Shown: piece by piece, positions 38,598-50,229 of the stretch | Numbering within the stretch: the stretch's first letter is position 1 | How the letters are laid out: every line of letters starts with the position of its first letter | NCBI GenBank assembly: GCA_011109175.1 | Contig: RDEW01000015.1 | Span: 832,868-896,867 of the forward strand | Length of the DNA stretch: 64,000 nucleotides | Direction of reading: 5' to 3' | DNA from: Dicyema japonicum | Lineage: Eukaryota; Animalia; Dicyemida | Made by a program: the position numbers and the translations under genes | Notes under the pieces: generated by a model | Seen by the model: only the letters and a program-made list of their open reading frames with translations | Database searches by the model: none | Told to the model about the DNA's origin: nothing

Positions 38598-41500
38598 ATG
38601 TTTGATTTTGCGATGAGAGATTCTATATTACTATTTATTAATGGAAACGAATGTTGTGGGAAAATAAGTTTTCTTGGTAAAATCGAAAGTTCTGAAGGTT
38701 TATAACATATTTTTATGCTAAGACGACTGGATTGGGGTGACATTGGATTCACCGCTAGGCGATAGCGACGGAACTCTTCACGATGTGCAATATTTTAACT
38801 GCCAGCCAAACTACGGCTTATTTATGCAAAAATCTAGTGTTTAAATCCTCTTTAATTCAAGATTATTTGTATTCGAAAGAAGGAAAATCAAGTCTCGAGT
38901 GATAGTCAGGAGGTTGAAAGTTCTGATTTGGCACAACTAAAAACTGAGTTCAATGAAGACGAAGAGACTGCAAAATTGAGACAAGAATTCGAGAAATATA
39001 AGGAAGAAACGTTGGAGGAACTTGAATTGGCGACGATTGACAGGGAAATAGCCAAAGAGAAGGTATTAAGAATTAATTATAAAGCTCGAATCACTGCAAG
39101 CTAATTATCATAGTTTGGAGCTAAAATACGAAGAAATCAGCCTAGAATTAGAAATTTTAAAAGAAGAGATCGAAATGGCGGGTAAAAATGTTCAAATTTT
39201 ACGTTCAGGTGGGGTCGACGAAGTTTCTGGAAAAAGAGATCAAAATGAGATTCTTAAACTCAACAAAGCACTACTTTTGTACAATAATTGGGTTATTTAG
39301 ACTGAAAAACATGTACGAGGACGAAAGAAGGATGGCTGAAGGAGCCAAAGATAGTGTGATAACACTGGGAGCCAGTTTACAGAGTTTGACCGCCTCCAGC
39401 GACGAAACTGCTACTACGTTGAGCAGACAGATCGAGGATCTCAAGTCTCAGGTTTCAAAAACTCCCAGAAATCTATATAGGTTGATGATTTGGCTGGATC
39501 AGATTCTATAATTACTCAGTTGACAGACAAAAACAGTAAATTAGAAGAAAGGCTGGGTCAAATTGCTAAGGAGAATGAAGATTTGATTCAAATAAACAAC
39601 TTGGACGAGGAATTGATTGAAAACTTGAGACAGGACCAACTTGATCTTACATTGGACTTTGAAAATGCCTCACTTCAGTTGGAAAGGGTTAGAAGTGTAA
39701 TTACAACTATTAGCTCAAAAAACAGCTACAACACACGCAAATGATATTATCTAAGCAGGAACAGACTATTGTCAGTCTCAAAGAAGCGTCGAATAAGTCA
39801 GACAAGGAAGAACATAGATATGACTTTCAGGCACACTATTCTCTGGCAAAGACAAATCTTAGTGTTTGTAAATATTTTTATTTCTTATTTGAAAATATTT
39901 TCTTTTTTAATCTTTTAAAATTTTATTTTTTTCCTTGTGTTAAATAACGAAAAAATATTTTAAATTTTTTATTATTTCAAATTTTATATATTTTTTAATA
40001 TAATCCTTGATTTATTCTCAGATTGTGGAGTCTGAATTGAATAACATTGAATTGAAACACTCTCAGAATTATATTGAAGTTTTGAGATCCTATTTCACAT
40101 CTGATTCGTTCACTGAAATTAAGAACACTTCAATGATGAGTGTATTTTGTTCACGCTTTATTGAAAAGTGCCAACTTTTCGTGAATACAATTTCAAATAA
40201 GGTAATTTGCCTCTTAACTTTTTAGTGTGAGTTGGAAGAACAAATTACTATTAGAATGGTGGAAAGCGGATATTTTACGGAAATTAAGGATCACTGTGAA
40301 CTAACATTGGTGCTGACTAACCTCGGAGTTTTGTTGGATAGATTTAATCGTTCCTTAAAGTCTTGTTCTGCAGAAAATCTAACGAAACTCTCTACTTTGA
40401 TGCCACAGCTGAGCACCCATGAGCAGAATCTGGACAAAGTGCTGATTGAGGTTGTCTCCTCTGCTCAGGTTTGGCGCATTTTTAATCAAAAATTAGACAA
40501 ATTTTCGCGCTATAATAAAATTGATACAAGAAGGAGAAGATTTTATAAGGGTATTAGTGATTTTTTGTTTCCAGAGTGTTCTAGAAGTTCACTGTGAACC
40601 TCAATGGTGTTCTTTGACTCCAGTCTTTAATGTCATAAATTCTGCTGTAAACTGCATTGAACTCGCTAACCTGGCTGTTTTGGCATTTTTAGAAGATGAT
40701 TTTTCTAAGAATTCCAGTGAAATAACAACAAACTTAAAATCTACGCTCAAATGGATTTCATCTCTTTTAAGGGATAACTCAGATCGCATTGTCTTCCATG
40801 ATAACCAAAATGTCAAATTGGAGGAATGTATGAAAGTCCTAACACAGTTTTCTGCGGTTTTCACGGAAATTGGTTCTGGGTTGGCAATCCAGGCAGCTTT
40901 TATAACAGGTTTGATTACGTTTTGAAAAAATCTCAATAGCTGACGTTGTCCACCCACAAGAAGGGATTGCTGGGATCTTAAATGACTCCCTCAACAAGAA
41001 TGGGTTTTCTCCGCCTTTCATAATTCAAAAACTGACCGATATTTCTGATTTTCTTAGCAATGTAAAGCTTCTCCTCGAAACAGGAAAGTTTACGACTCAA
41101 GACGAGTCCGTTGAGTCTTTGGGCCTCAGTGAACTGATAAACCAGTACAAGGAGAATGTTCAGTCTGTCCATAAACTGCGCCAGAATGTGAAAGACTACG
41201 ATGAAATGTTCGCTAGAATGGAAAGTCAGTTGAAAAATAAAGATGAGGAAATGGCTTTAGCTGAAATCCGCCATACCCAGTCTGAGTTTGACAGCAGACA
41301 GTCAGTGAAGCAATATAGGGATGAGATAGAGATCCTACAGCAGAGAATCGACAAATTGGTCCACGAGGCTGCAAACAAAGCTAAGTCGATTGTTTTTTTC
41401 TTTTTTTAGGAACTTTGCGCTTGAGTCCAATCAAAACTTGTCTGTAATTCACAAACTAAAGGACGAAAAGTGTAAATTGGACGAAAAACTGAGAAATGTG

Positions 41501-42015
41501 ACCAAGAGTTCTTATCTAGGTGAGAAAATCATATCTCTGAGCTCATCCGAGCACGTGGCTGACTCTACTTTAACAAATGAGGCAATTTTTGTCTTGATTT
41601 TCAGATTTTAGAGTTAAAGAGGACCATCTCCATGCAGAAGGATGAATTGAACTTTTATAAGTCCTCTGAGGATTTGGTAAGTTTTTTGTTTTGATTTTCA
41701 GAAAAAACTGAGAAAATTGGCGCCAATAAAGCTGAATTTCAGTGATAAAAGAAATGAGCTCATGAAGCTGTCACGTGACATCCAGGACATGCAATTTGTA
41801 TTGAGTAGGTGAGAACTTAGGGTTTGATGAAATCTCTCTGTTCTACTGAGGTTGTTGATATTTCGAAGAGTTCAGATAAAAACGAGCTGATGAATCTGCA
41901 GAATATTCCAGAAATGGAGTGCAAACTGATCAGTGGTCGTCTTTGCTCTGTCTGATTGGTTTTTTATTGGTAGGTGCAGTCGAGAATGTCGAAGCTTAAA
42001 GGTTTGATTAATTGA
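38598..42015 (+). CDS. DCTN1: Dynactin subunit 1 (p150Glued), many micro-introns plus one intron of about 157 nt
   Basis: CAP-Gly (WIGVTLD..DGT..YF.C..YGLF), ELATIDREIAKEK, LEILKEEIE, LKSQVDD..LTDKN..LEE, ELNNIE, TEVVDIS. I traced the 5' and 3' ends exon by exon and the middle less completely. Confidence 0.92.
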
Positions 42016-42369
42016 TAATTGAATTAAATATTTTATTTAAAATAATTGCTTATTTTCCTCTTTAACTTAATTTTTTGTGATCCCCCGATACGTCGTGAAA
42101 GAAATTATGCTCCCATAGAGACATACACCTAACGTGAAAAAGGAGATAACTTCCAGTTTCTGTACATGTTGCGACCCCTTACAAGAATGGTCACAGTTTA
42201 GTTGGGAAAGTTGATGGTTCTCATTCCATCCTGTTCCCGGTCGTTCTTTTTTGTGTTTTTAATTATTGTCGTCGACAGTTTATTTAATAAATAATTTTGA
42301 TCGCATATGCGGTGGTGACATTTATGGTAGATTTTTAATTTGAAGATGTAGTAATTTTTTAATCTTTCA

Positions 42370-42600
42370 TAAATAAATATAACCGCACTTTTCACAAAAA
42401 GAACCAGAATACCTATAAATCAGCCCAGGCAGGACTCACAGTTCATTAAAGTAAAGAACAGTTATGATAACTAATTGTAGAAAGGGAGAACCAAGGAATG
42501 CTCTTAATTTCTTTTTTTCTATTTGTTATGTCTGTGTCCTTTATTGACGATCCGGTTCCGTAGTAAAGTATTCAATGATGACGGAATCACTTGTCAATCC
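42370..42600 (-). mobile_element. Retroposon 3'-end family copy
   Basis: Colinear with 53083-53291 (ggcaggac..agtaaagaacagtt..gaaccaaggaat..gatgacgg). Confidence 0.65.
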
Positions 42601-43569
42601 AAAGCATCTTAGATGCGTCGAACCTTCTGCCGGAATGTACATTCATTATTTTTGTTGAATAAGTGGAACTAAACTCTTCATTCTAGATATTAACTCATTT
42701 TTCTCTGGGCATTAAATATCACAAGTCATTCAAACATTTCTGGACACAGTACAAAAATCCTAAAGTTATTCAGACATAATTTACCTCCAAAGTCTTTACT
42801 TTTCATATTTTAGGCATTTCAGAGATTTAAATTTTACGATTATCCGGAGCATTATTTTTCATTTTAAAATTGCAACACAGCAGAACACTCGTTTTTACTT
42901 TTAGTTATCATTTTTGATAATTACAACTTGTTTATGATTCCTTCTGAAAAGAAACTTCTTCAAAGGTGATTTTTTGTCAGATAAGTTTTTTTCCTAGCAA
43001 AAAAGAGCTTAGAATGATTGTTCACGTCGTTTTCTGAAACTATCCGACCAACCACAGCGCCATTATTCAAGAAATCTCCAAAAATATGAGGGTTCCCCGT
43101 GGTCAGAGAATGAAGGCGCACGTTACTTAGTTCTGCATGACTCAATAACTTGACTGCAGATGTAATTGGAAACGCTCTTCATCTTAGACTACTTCAATTA
43201 GTTGGTTTAATCCAAGTATATAAAAGGTGGAAGATCTTCCGAGAGTGAGTCACACGCTCACTAGTCAAACTTTCCGGAGTATTTGAGGCGGATCTTATTT
43301 GTGTCAAAAGAAAACTGAGATATGAAGAACATCTCGACGACTTGAAACAAACAAAAACAACTTTATTTGTTATTTGGAATTTCGACACTTTCATAAATTC
43401 TTAAAAAATCGTAAAAAATGGGAAAACTCTGAAACTATGATTAATAAGTCAAGACACCCAAGTGGTAAACATCATCTACTTGATAATTCACCCTATTTTT
43501 TGTTCGGATTAATGAGGGTTTACTGTATTAGAATTTTGGAGTTGAATTTCAATTTTAAAATACCCAAAT

Positions 43570-43985
43570 CGACAGAAATGTCAAGCGAGCCCAGGAGTCT
43601 GCGGGATTCCTCGCCATACTTGAACCTGTTTGCCTGGACAGAGGAGACGGGAAACTTCCTGACGGACAATTTTCCCATTCGAAGAGGGGACGCTACTTGT
43701 GTTGACCCACTTTGCCCATCCAACATTGTCGGGAGCGCGGTAGACACATTGTATGCTGCGGAAAAAACAATGAAAACAAAGGTAAAAAATATGAAGCATT
43801 GCACGATCGGTTCACTTTCTATCCCATTGTGGTCGACACAACTGGAGGAATAAGTGTAAAATCGCTTCGCTTCCTAAAGAAACTTGGACGCCTAGAGAGA
43901 CCGGTGGCTTCTCTAGATGATATCTGTTGCGATCGTGAAAGGCAACGCAACGTCGATAATGTCGGCGGGGTCCACTTTGGATGGT
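43570..43985 (+). mobile_element. CRE-clade REL 3' fragment, same subfamily as 7000-7690
   Basis: High nucleotide similarity to 6985-7445 and 7640-7690. Confidence 0.85.
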
Positions 43986-44185
43986 TGGCTGTGTTAATTT
44001 AATTACATTATTGATTGTATTTATTTAATTTTAATTTACCAAATTATATTATTATAATACAAATACCCAAATTTGGTTACAAATGCATATAATATGTGTA
44101 TGTATTTGGATCAACGTATGTTTGTAAAACTGTTGAGCAAAACTAAATTTCGCAACCAATTAACTGATGCACATCTCTCACGTAT

Positions 44186-44305
44186 GTCGTCATAAAAACT
44201 GAGACCATGGTAAAGCCAAACTAATTATAACGTGATCCCGATGCATTTTAACAGCGACCTCATCTTTGCCCGGTGTTCTTCCCTTGTGCCCGCGCATGAA
44301 CGATC
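44186..44305 (-). mobile_element. I-type LINE 3' UTR copy
   Basis: Reverse complement of 59438-59545. Confidence 0.8.
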
Positions 44306-45050
44306 GATTAGAAAAAACTTTAAAGGTAAATATATATTTCTTAAACATTTTTGCATTCAAATAATTTAAATGCAACTAAATTTGTCAAGCAATTTTCTCC
44401 ATCAAATTGTAAATATTGCAAGTCTAACGTTGTTTTCGGCTTTTTATTGAATGAATTACTTTTTAAGATATTTTTTATAAACATTATATACGAAAACAGG
44501 GTTCTAATTAATTTAGTTCATTAAAACACAATTTTCACATTTGAAATGTCAGATCTTATTTTCAAATTTATAATTTTAGATTATTTTTACCATTTTTTTA
44601 ATTGAAAATTCAAAAGGACAGGGTAAAACCAAAATAACCAATTCCAACGCGTTGTAGCAAAAGTAAACTCGTCGACAGGGAAAAGATTTTCCCTTGGTGG
44701 AATGGAATGAATGGTTCATTTTCAAGGTGCATTATGTGACCTCTAAACGCCATCAGAACTTACAGAACTGGTTAACCTCATGAAACTACGTTAAACGCGA
44801 TTTAAAAGGTAAAATAGTTTAATTTCTAATAATACTACCCATTCCGTCAAAACGTAGTAATATTTCCGTAACATAAATCTCCACTTAGGCGGGACTCGCA
44901 GTTTATTTGAGATGGAAAGAACAGTTATGCTAATTAATCGAGGAATGAGGCTACAGTTTTTAACTAAAAACAACCCGTTCTCAGCAATGAATCACTGATG
45001 ATGATGTTACTCGCCAATCCATGAACTATAGAACCATTCACCAGAATAAA

Positions 45051-45108
45051 CAGTAGTGAGATTCGAATCGGGAACTGTCTGCCACTAATCACACTGAACC
45101 ATACCAGC
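45051..45108 (-). pseudogene. Degenerate tRNA-derived (SINE-head-like) sequence
   Basis: B-box-like TTCGAATCTCACTACTG is shared with 58603-58671; weak A box. Confidence 0.35.
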
Positions 45109-45229
45109 TAGTTAATTTTGTTTTTTTTAATTTTAAAAATTTTATTTTTATTTTAATTTTTAATTTCTTTAAATTTAAAATTATTTAAAAAATTAATTAT
45201 ACTTAATTTAAACTAACTAACTATCAGGA

Positions 45230-46814
45230 ATGAATTGTTTTCAGAATCCACTAAATTTTCTTAGGGTAACACTAAATTTTAATATTTTTAATAGTACGAT
45301 GAAATAGTTAGACAAGCTATGAATTCTGAGAGAAAGTTATCTACAAAAACAAGAGTGTCAAAATTTAAACAAATTCATAATACATTTCGTGGTGAAATTT
45401 CAATTTTATTTTAGGCTGCGATTTAGTCGAATGGTTGAACACAAACCTCCAACCTCTGAGCAGATACGAATGTTTGAATATCGCATCGAGCCTATACAAT
45501 TACGGATATATTTGCCCAATTAATTATAAAAACAAGGAAAAGTTTAACGACGACCTTGAAATTTACATATTCCAAGTATCTTGTAACCCGAAATTATAGA
45601 ATGAGGTTAACTGGCCAAGCAAAGGCAACAAATACACAAAACGGAAATACGGTAAGTCTAAAATGTTAATTTCCAGCGTTATACTTGGTGGAGCAAATTT
45701 TGTATCACAGCATGGGGATGAACGACAACGAAAATGTAATAAGTTGGCAATATTTTAAGAGTCATTATATGATATTGCAAAAGGAGTTAGAATCGAGTTG
45801 GAATGAAATCATAAAAGAATCTAAACGGAACTACAAGTAATCTGTTCTCTAATGTTTCAGAGCAAAAAGAAAAAATAGAAATGATAGTAAGGTTATGAAA
45901 ATACAAGAAAAAAAATTATGGTCGATTCACTCCAAATATGTATCTCATTTAAAGATCAAAGGTTTTCGACCAAGAAAATCCATTTTGTGAGACTGATTCA
46001 GAAAATGAAACAAAAAAAGAAAAAATACAACTCAAAGTAAATTTCTAATATAAAGTAGCTCCAAATGATTAAAAAGCAGTCGATCTATAGAAATACAAAT
46101 TACACGTTAATCTTTAGTAATACTTTTAGACTTTCCGACTATATTGAAATTTTCAAAAATGACGATTTTTTGGTTGATCAGACACAGACTGATCAGACGC
46201 AGACTGAGGAGACACAGTTTGTTATTATTTTATTGAAGGAAACCTTTTGATTTAGAGAAATATTTTAAGCAATTTTTAACCTCAAAAAAATACTTTATGC
46301 AATTTCAAAATTTTCTACTTGTCAATAAAAGTCAAGAAAATGTGTTCTTTTGGTTATGTTGCCAAATTTTCCAGTTTTTGAGTGAATCTCAAATCGCTCC
46401 AACATCAAAACTGATAAATGAGTAATTTTTTATTATAAAATAGAATGTTTATTAAAAATGATGCTGAATATGAAGTGAACATTACTTCTGAAATCAAATT
46501 TAAAATTCAGTCAGAATTGGATACTCCGTCCAGGTATTTTAGAATTACTTGTTTTACGGTTTATGTTTGATTCGGCTGCCCAGCATATTTTTCAACTGAT
46601 GGAGTCCGATTCATTTCCAAAATTTTTGACTTCAGAGTTCTTTAAAGTTGAATCATCTTTGCCAAAGAAAATTTCAACATCTTCTAATACAAGATATGAC
46701 ACAATGAAATCATCAAAATTATCCGTCAGCCGGGATTTTTTGAAAATTCTTTCGGTTGTTTTTTCGAAAAATTTATATTCTATTAACACTTTTATCTTGA
46801 GAAATTTTGATTAA
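45230..46814 (+). CDS. RGS7: R7-family regulator of G-protein signalling (DEP-DHEX-degenerate GGL-RGS)
   Basis: FRGCDLVEWL..YGYI.PI (DEP), FQ..WPS, QEKKLW.IH (DHEX), SQENVFFW, EVNI, FD.A..HIFQLMESDSFPKF (RGS). Micro-introns keep the frame. The symbol marks the family (RGS6/7/9/11), not proven orthology; the 3' end is tentative. Confidence 0.88.
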
Positions 46815-46840
46815 TTTAATTTTTTTAATAAGTTGGGAAT

Positions 46841-47402
46841 TTATTTGGTATACAGATGAACCATCCTACTATCGAATATGCTTGCGCCTCCTGAGATTCG
46901 AGCTTTCTGCTCGACATTTGACAGAATTAGCTTGTCACACGAGAATACGAAGGAATGACTGGGACTTTTTCCGGTTTTGTCTAGAACCAGGAAATCCGCT
47001 GTGTTCGGCCGTGTCGAGTTCGAAAATGGTCGGTGCTTCTTCAGGCATTCGTCCTCCGTTGACTTCATGTGTAGCCACCAGTGCAGACATTTCCGAGAAG
47101 CAATGGGGTCCCTCGATGAGTACAAGATTAGAATGACAACGGCAATAATGAGAATCGGGATCACTTTACTTGTTCCGTCACAATTACCCTCTTTCTCGGT
47201 ACTTCCTGGAGTCTTTGCTGTCGTTCGAGCAGAAGGGCTTTAAAAGGCATGGGCTCAAAATTAGCTCAGATGATTCTGCTTGTGGTTTTTTTTGCGTAGA
47301 GAAGAGTTGGAGATGACTATCGACGATGACGTATTTGTGTTGTGTGGATAAACAAGGGATAGATGATAGAGAGTTTTTTAGATGCATTTTTAGAATTATC
47401 AT
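46841..47402 (-). CDS. Unknown single-pass membrane protein (S/T-rich stalk, TM helix, tail); 5' end unresolved
   Basis: Open frame SPSARTTAKTPGSTEKEG..VIPILIIAVVILILYS..HLYTK* from about 47240 to 46841; no homology recognised. Confidence 0.35.
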
Positions 47403-47693
47403 TCTTTTCGGCCCCTCTGTTACCTAATTTTTTACTGGTTTTACGAAGATGGGCTTTTCTTGTAAATATAATTCGATTTTTGTAAAAACTTTTTATTAAA
47501 GCCAAACTTCATCAGTATGCTTTACCAATTTTGTATCACACTCGATATAAATCATTTTTTAGTTGACTGGAAATCTCTTAAATTTAGTTTTAAATGTTTG
47601 GGAGTGGCACTGTTTCTTAGGTAAACTATGGTTTGCTTTCAGAATGTTAAATTTTAGAAATTATACAAGAAAATTAAGAAAATAAACCGAAAG

Positions 47694-48763
47694 TTAAATT
47701 AATTTCTAAAATACACTCAAAATTGGATAAACCATAATTGCTTTTATTACATCTCCATCGGTTGATATAAGAGCTAATTTAGCTTGAGTTTGTTGTGCTC
47801 CTGTTATTTCCATCACAGTTTCAATTGTATTTAGTGGAATTGTGATAGCGCCACTCTAAATAATTATAGAATATTTTGCTACGTGAAGAATTTGAGTCGC
47901 ATCACTTAACAAGTCATTAGTCCGTTTGAGCACTGGAGGCAATAATCGATGAAATTTTGACTAAATAAATACTTAAACTACTTCATTTTTATCTACAAAA
48001 AAGAAGAAATTATTTGACCATTTGGAAAGAAAAGTTATAGGCCGATAAAAGTCGACTCTAAAGTTTTTGCTTTTGACGATTATATATTCCACATTAAGAA
48101 CCTTCGTAAAATCTAAAATTATTATCAAAGTAACCATCTTTTGTACATTCCTTTAAACTATTTTTTCGTTTTTTCATTGAAATGGGTTTAATACGAAAAA
48201 TATTTTCATCCGTTTTTGGTGTAGATACGTTAGTTTCGGATGTTGTAGATTTTTCTTTAACTTTTGTTTTCTTTTCTTTTTTTAGTTGCTTTCAATTTAG
48301 TATCCACGTCTTCTTTTTCTGTTGTTTTAACGTCTTCCTTTTCTGTTGTTTTGACGTCTTCCTTTTCTTCTGATTCAACCTTTTCCGTGATAGGTGTTCC
48401 GCTCTCTTCTTTCGACTGTTCTTCTTCTTTGCTCTTTTCTACTGACTCTTCACATTCGTTAGTTTCATCATCGTCATCTTCAATTAATTCTCTTATATCA
48501 CCCATTGAGATTATATCGCCTTCATCAATGTTAGAAACAAAGTCAGATGAAATAATACTGTACATGTCGTCATCATCGGATTCATCTAAAATTAATACAT
48601 TTATGTAAATTCCACCAAGAAATATATTAGTCTTACTACCTTTATGTGAGGGTGCTGAATAAAATTCTTCAGAATCGTAATCTGGGTCTTCGATTATTTC
48701 AGTTGATTGTGATTCTTTATCACCCTCGTCTGTTTCTTTCGATGCGTCAAATTGTTTACTCAT
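47694..48763 (-). CDS. NACA: Nascent polypeptide-associated complex alpha-like protein with a long acidic N-terminus
   Basis: Divergent NAC domain (VLNVEYIIVKSKNFRVDFYRP) and C-terminal UBA (IETVMEITGA..AKLAL..DGDVIKAIM|KLI*). Micro-introns of 21-27 nt; frame break at T7 48277-48283. Confidence 0.7.
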
Positions 48764-49839
48764 TTTCCAATTAAATAAATTTTCCTTTAAATAACAATTA
48801 TTACGTTACCGAAATTGTTCAATTATTATCACATTGTATGCAATATGCTTACAATTACTCAATTTTGTATGTAAAAAGAATTGTTTGGAGATCCTCGAAT
48901 GGACCCCATGGCAGAATCTCCAAGCATACTTGGAGTGCATTCAAGGATACCACGGACGACCAAGATGCAAAATAAATGTTGCAATCCATGAAGGCTTAAG
49001 GGATTCAATGTGAAACTGGTAGCGCTTAAAAGTGGTGTACACTCATGATTCACTACGTGATATATCCGAAATGGAGGAAAATCAGTTTTGGTTTCACTGA
49101 TTAAGATATATGGGAGGTAAGAGGAAATCATAGCAAGTGTTTGCACTGAAGTCTTCTTCCGTATATGTAACGTTGCTGACTTTCATTTGGAAGGATTTCG
49201 CTTAATTCCAAGATCTGCAAAGTTGATATGACGGACTTAACTCCAACCACTACAGTTTTCAATTTCTTCAACGGTGACATAGTCTTGATACCACACATTC
49301 GTTGAAGCTCATTTCGATGAAGTATTAGAGTCGATACCCTAGACGAAGATTGGTTGATCGCCTTGTTGGATTCTTTTCATGGATTTGAGGTCTGTTAACA
49401 GAAAATCAGTTTTCAATGTGAACCGTATAGAAGTTTTAAGATCATACAGATTTTCGAGATCATGGAGGGACTTTTATATGATTACATCTCTGTTTTAATT
49501 TGTAAAAAATACTTTTGAATTGACTTAGTTAATTTAGTCTTTGAGTATTCGTACATTCCACTTGGCCGAAAATATTAAACAAATTTACGCGCTAAAATTT
49601 TGAATAAATTTTTTCTAAAATCATGAGGTAGTCAAAAGTTAATTTCAATATTATCACATTGTGCGTTCATGGGATTTGTGTCTTCTGTTTGGAGTAATAT
49701 AATTGTGCATGACTACTCCCCACTCATTGACATTATGTTTGCCTCTCTCTTAGGTGGTCGAACCGGACTTATTCATTTCTTACGATCATATTCTTAGAAA
49801 AAACAAGTCAATTTACAATTACTGTATTGGAACCCTTCC

Positions 49840-50030
49840 GAGATGGGGCAGATGCTTTACAATCATACAGAAATTTTGAGCCGATGCCATGTCCAATGAG
49901 AAGAGCTGTTCAGGATTCTCGACCCCGCCGGACTCGTCCTCACCTTTGTTGGTCTGGGATCACTTAGTTAGATGAGAACTTTTATTTCTTTCTCTTTGAC
50001 CCAGTGATCCTGGGGGTAATAATAATAATA
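49840..50030 (+). mobile_element. I/jockey-type LINE 3' end
   Basis: Reverse-complement match to 15601-15780; (TAA)n tail. Confidence 0.85.
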
Positions 50031-50229
50031 ACCCTTCCAGGACATGCTCCAGTGGAATGGGGTGAGCAAATGATTTTTTTGATACCGTCACTTAAATAGG
50101 TGGATCATATGACGTTATTTTAGTAATGGAAAATAGGAAAGAACATAAGAAAACCTTCGATTTGAACTAAGAACACTGCTACAAATATGCCATCTTAACA
50201 AGCTTCTTGCCTCCATTGAATGACTTATT

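Noticed and set aside
10858-48608. Long opposite-strand ORFs such as 10858-11256, 30800-31336, 35287-35868, 40601-40957 and 48264-48608
   Set aside because: They are shadows of RT/REL, DCTN1 or NACA coding sequence on the other strand, with no independent motifs.
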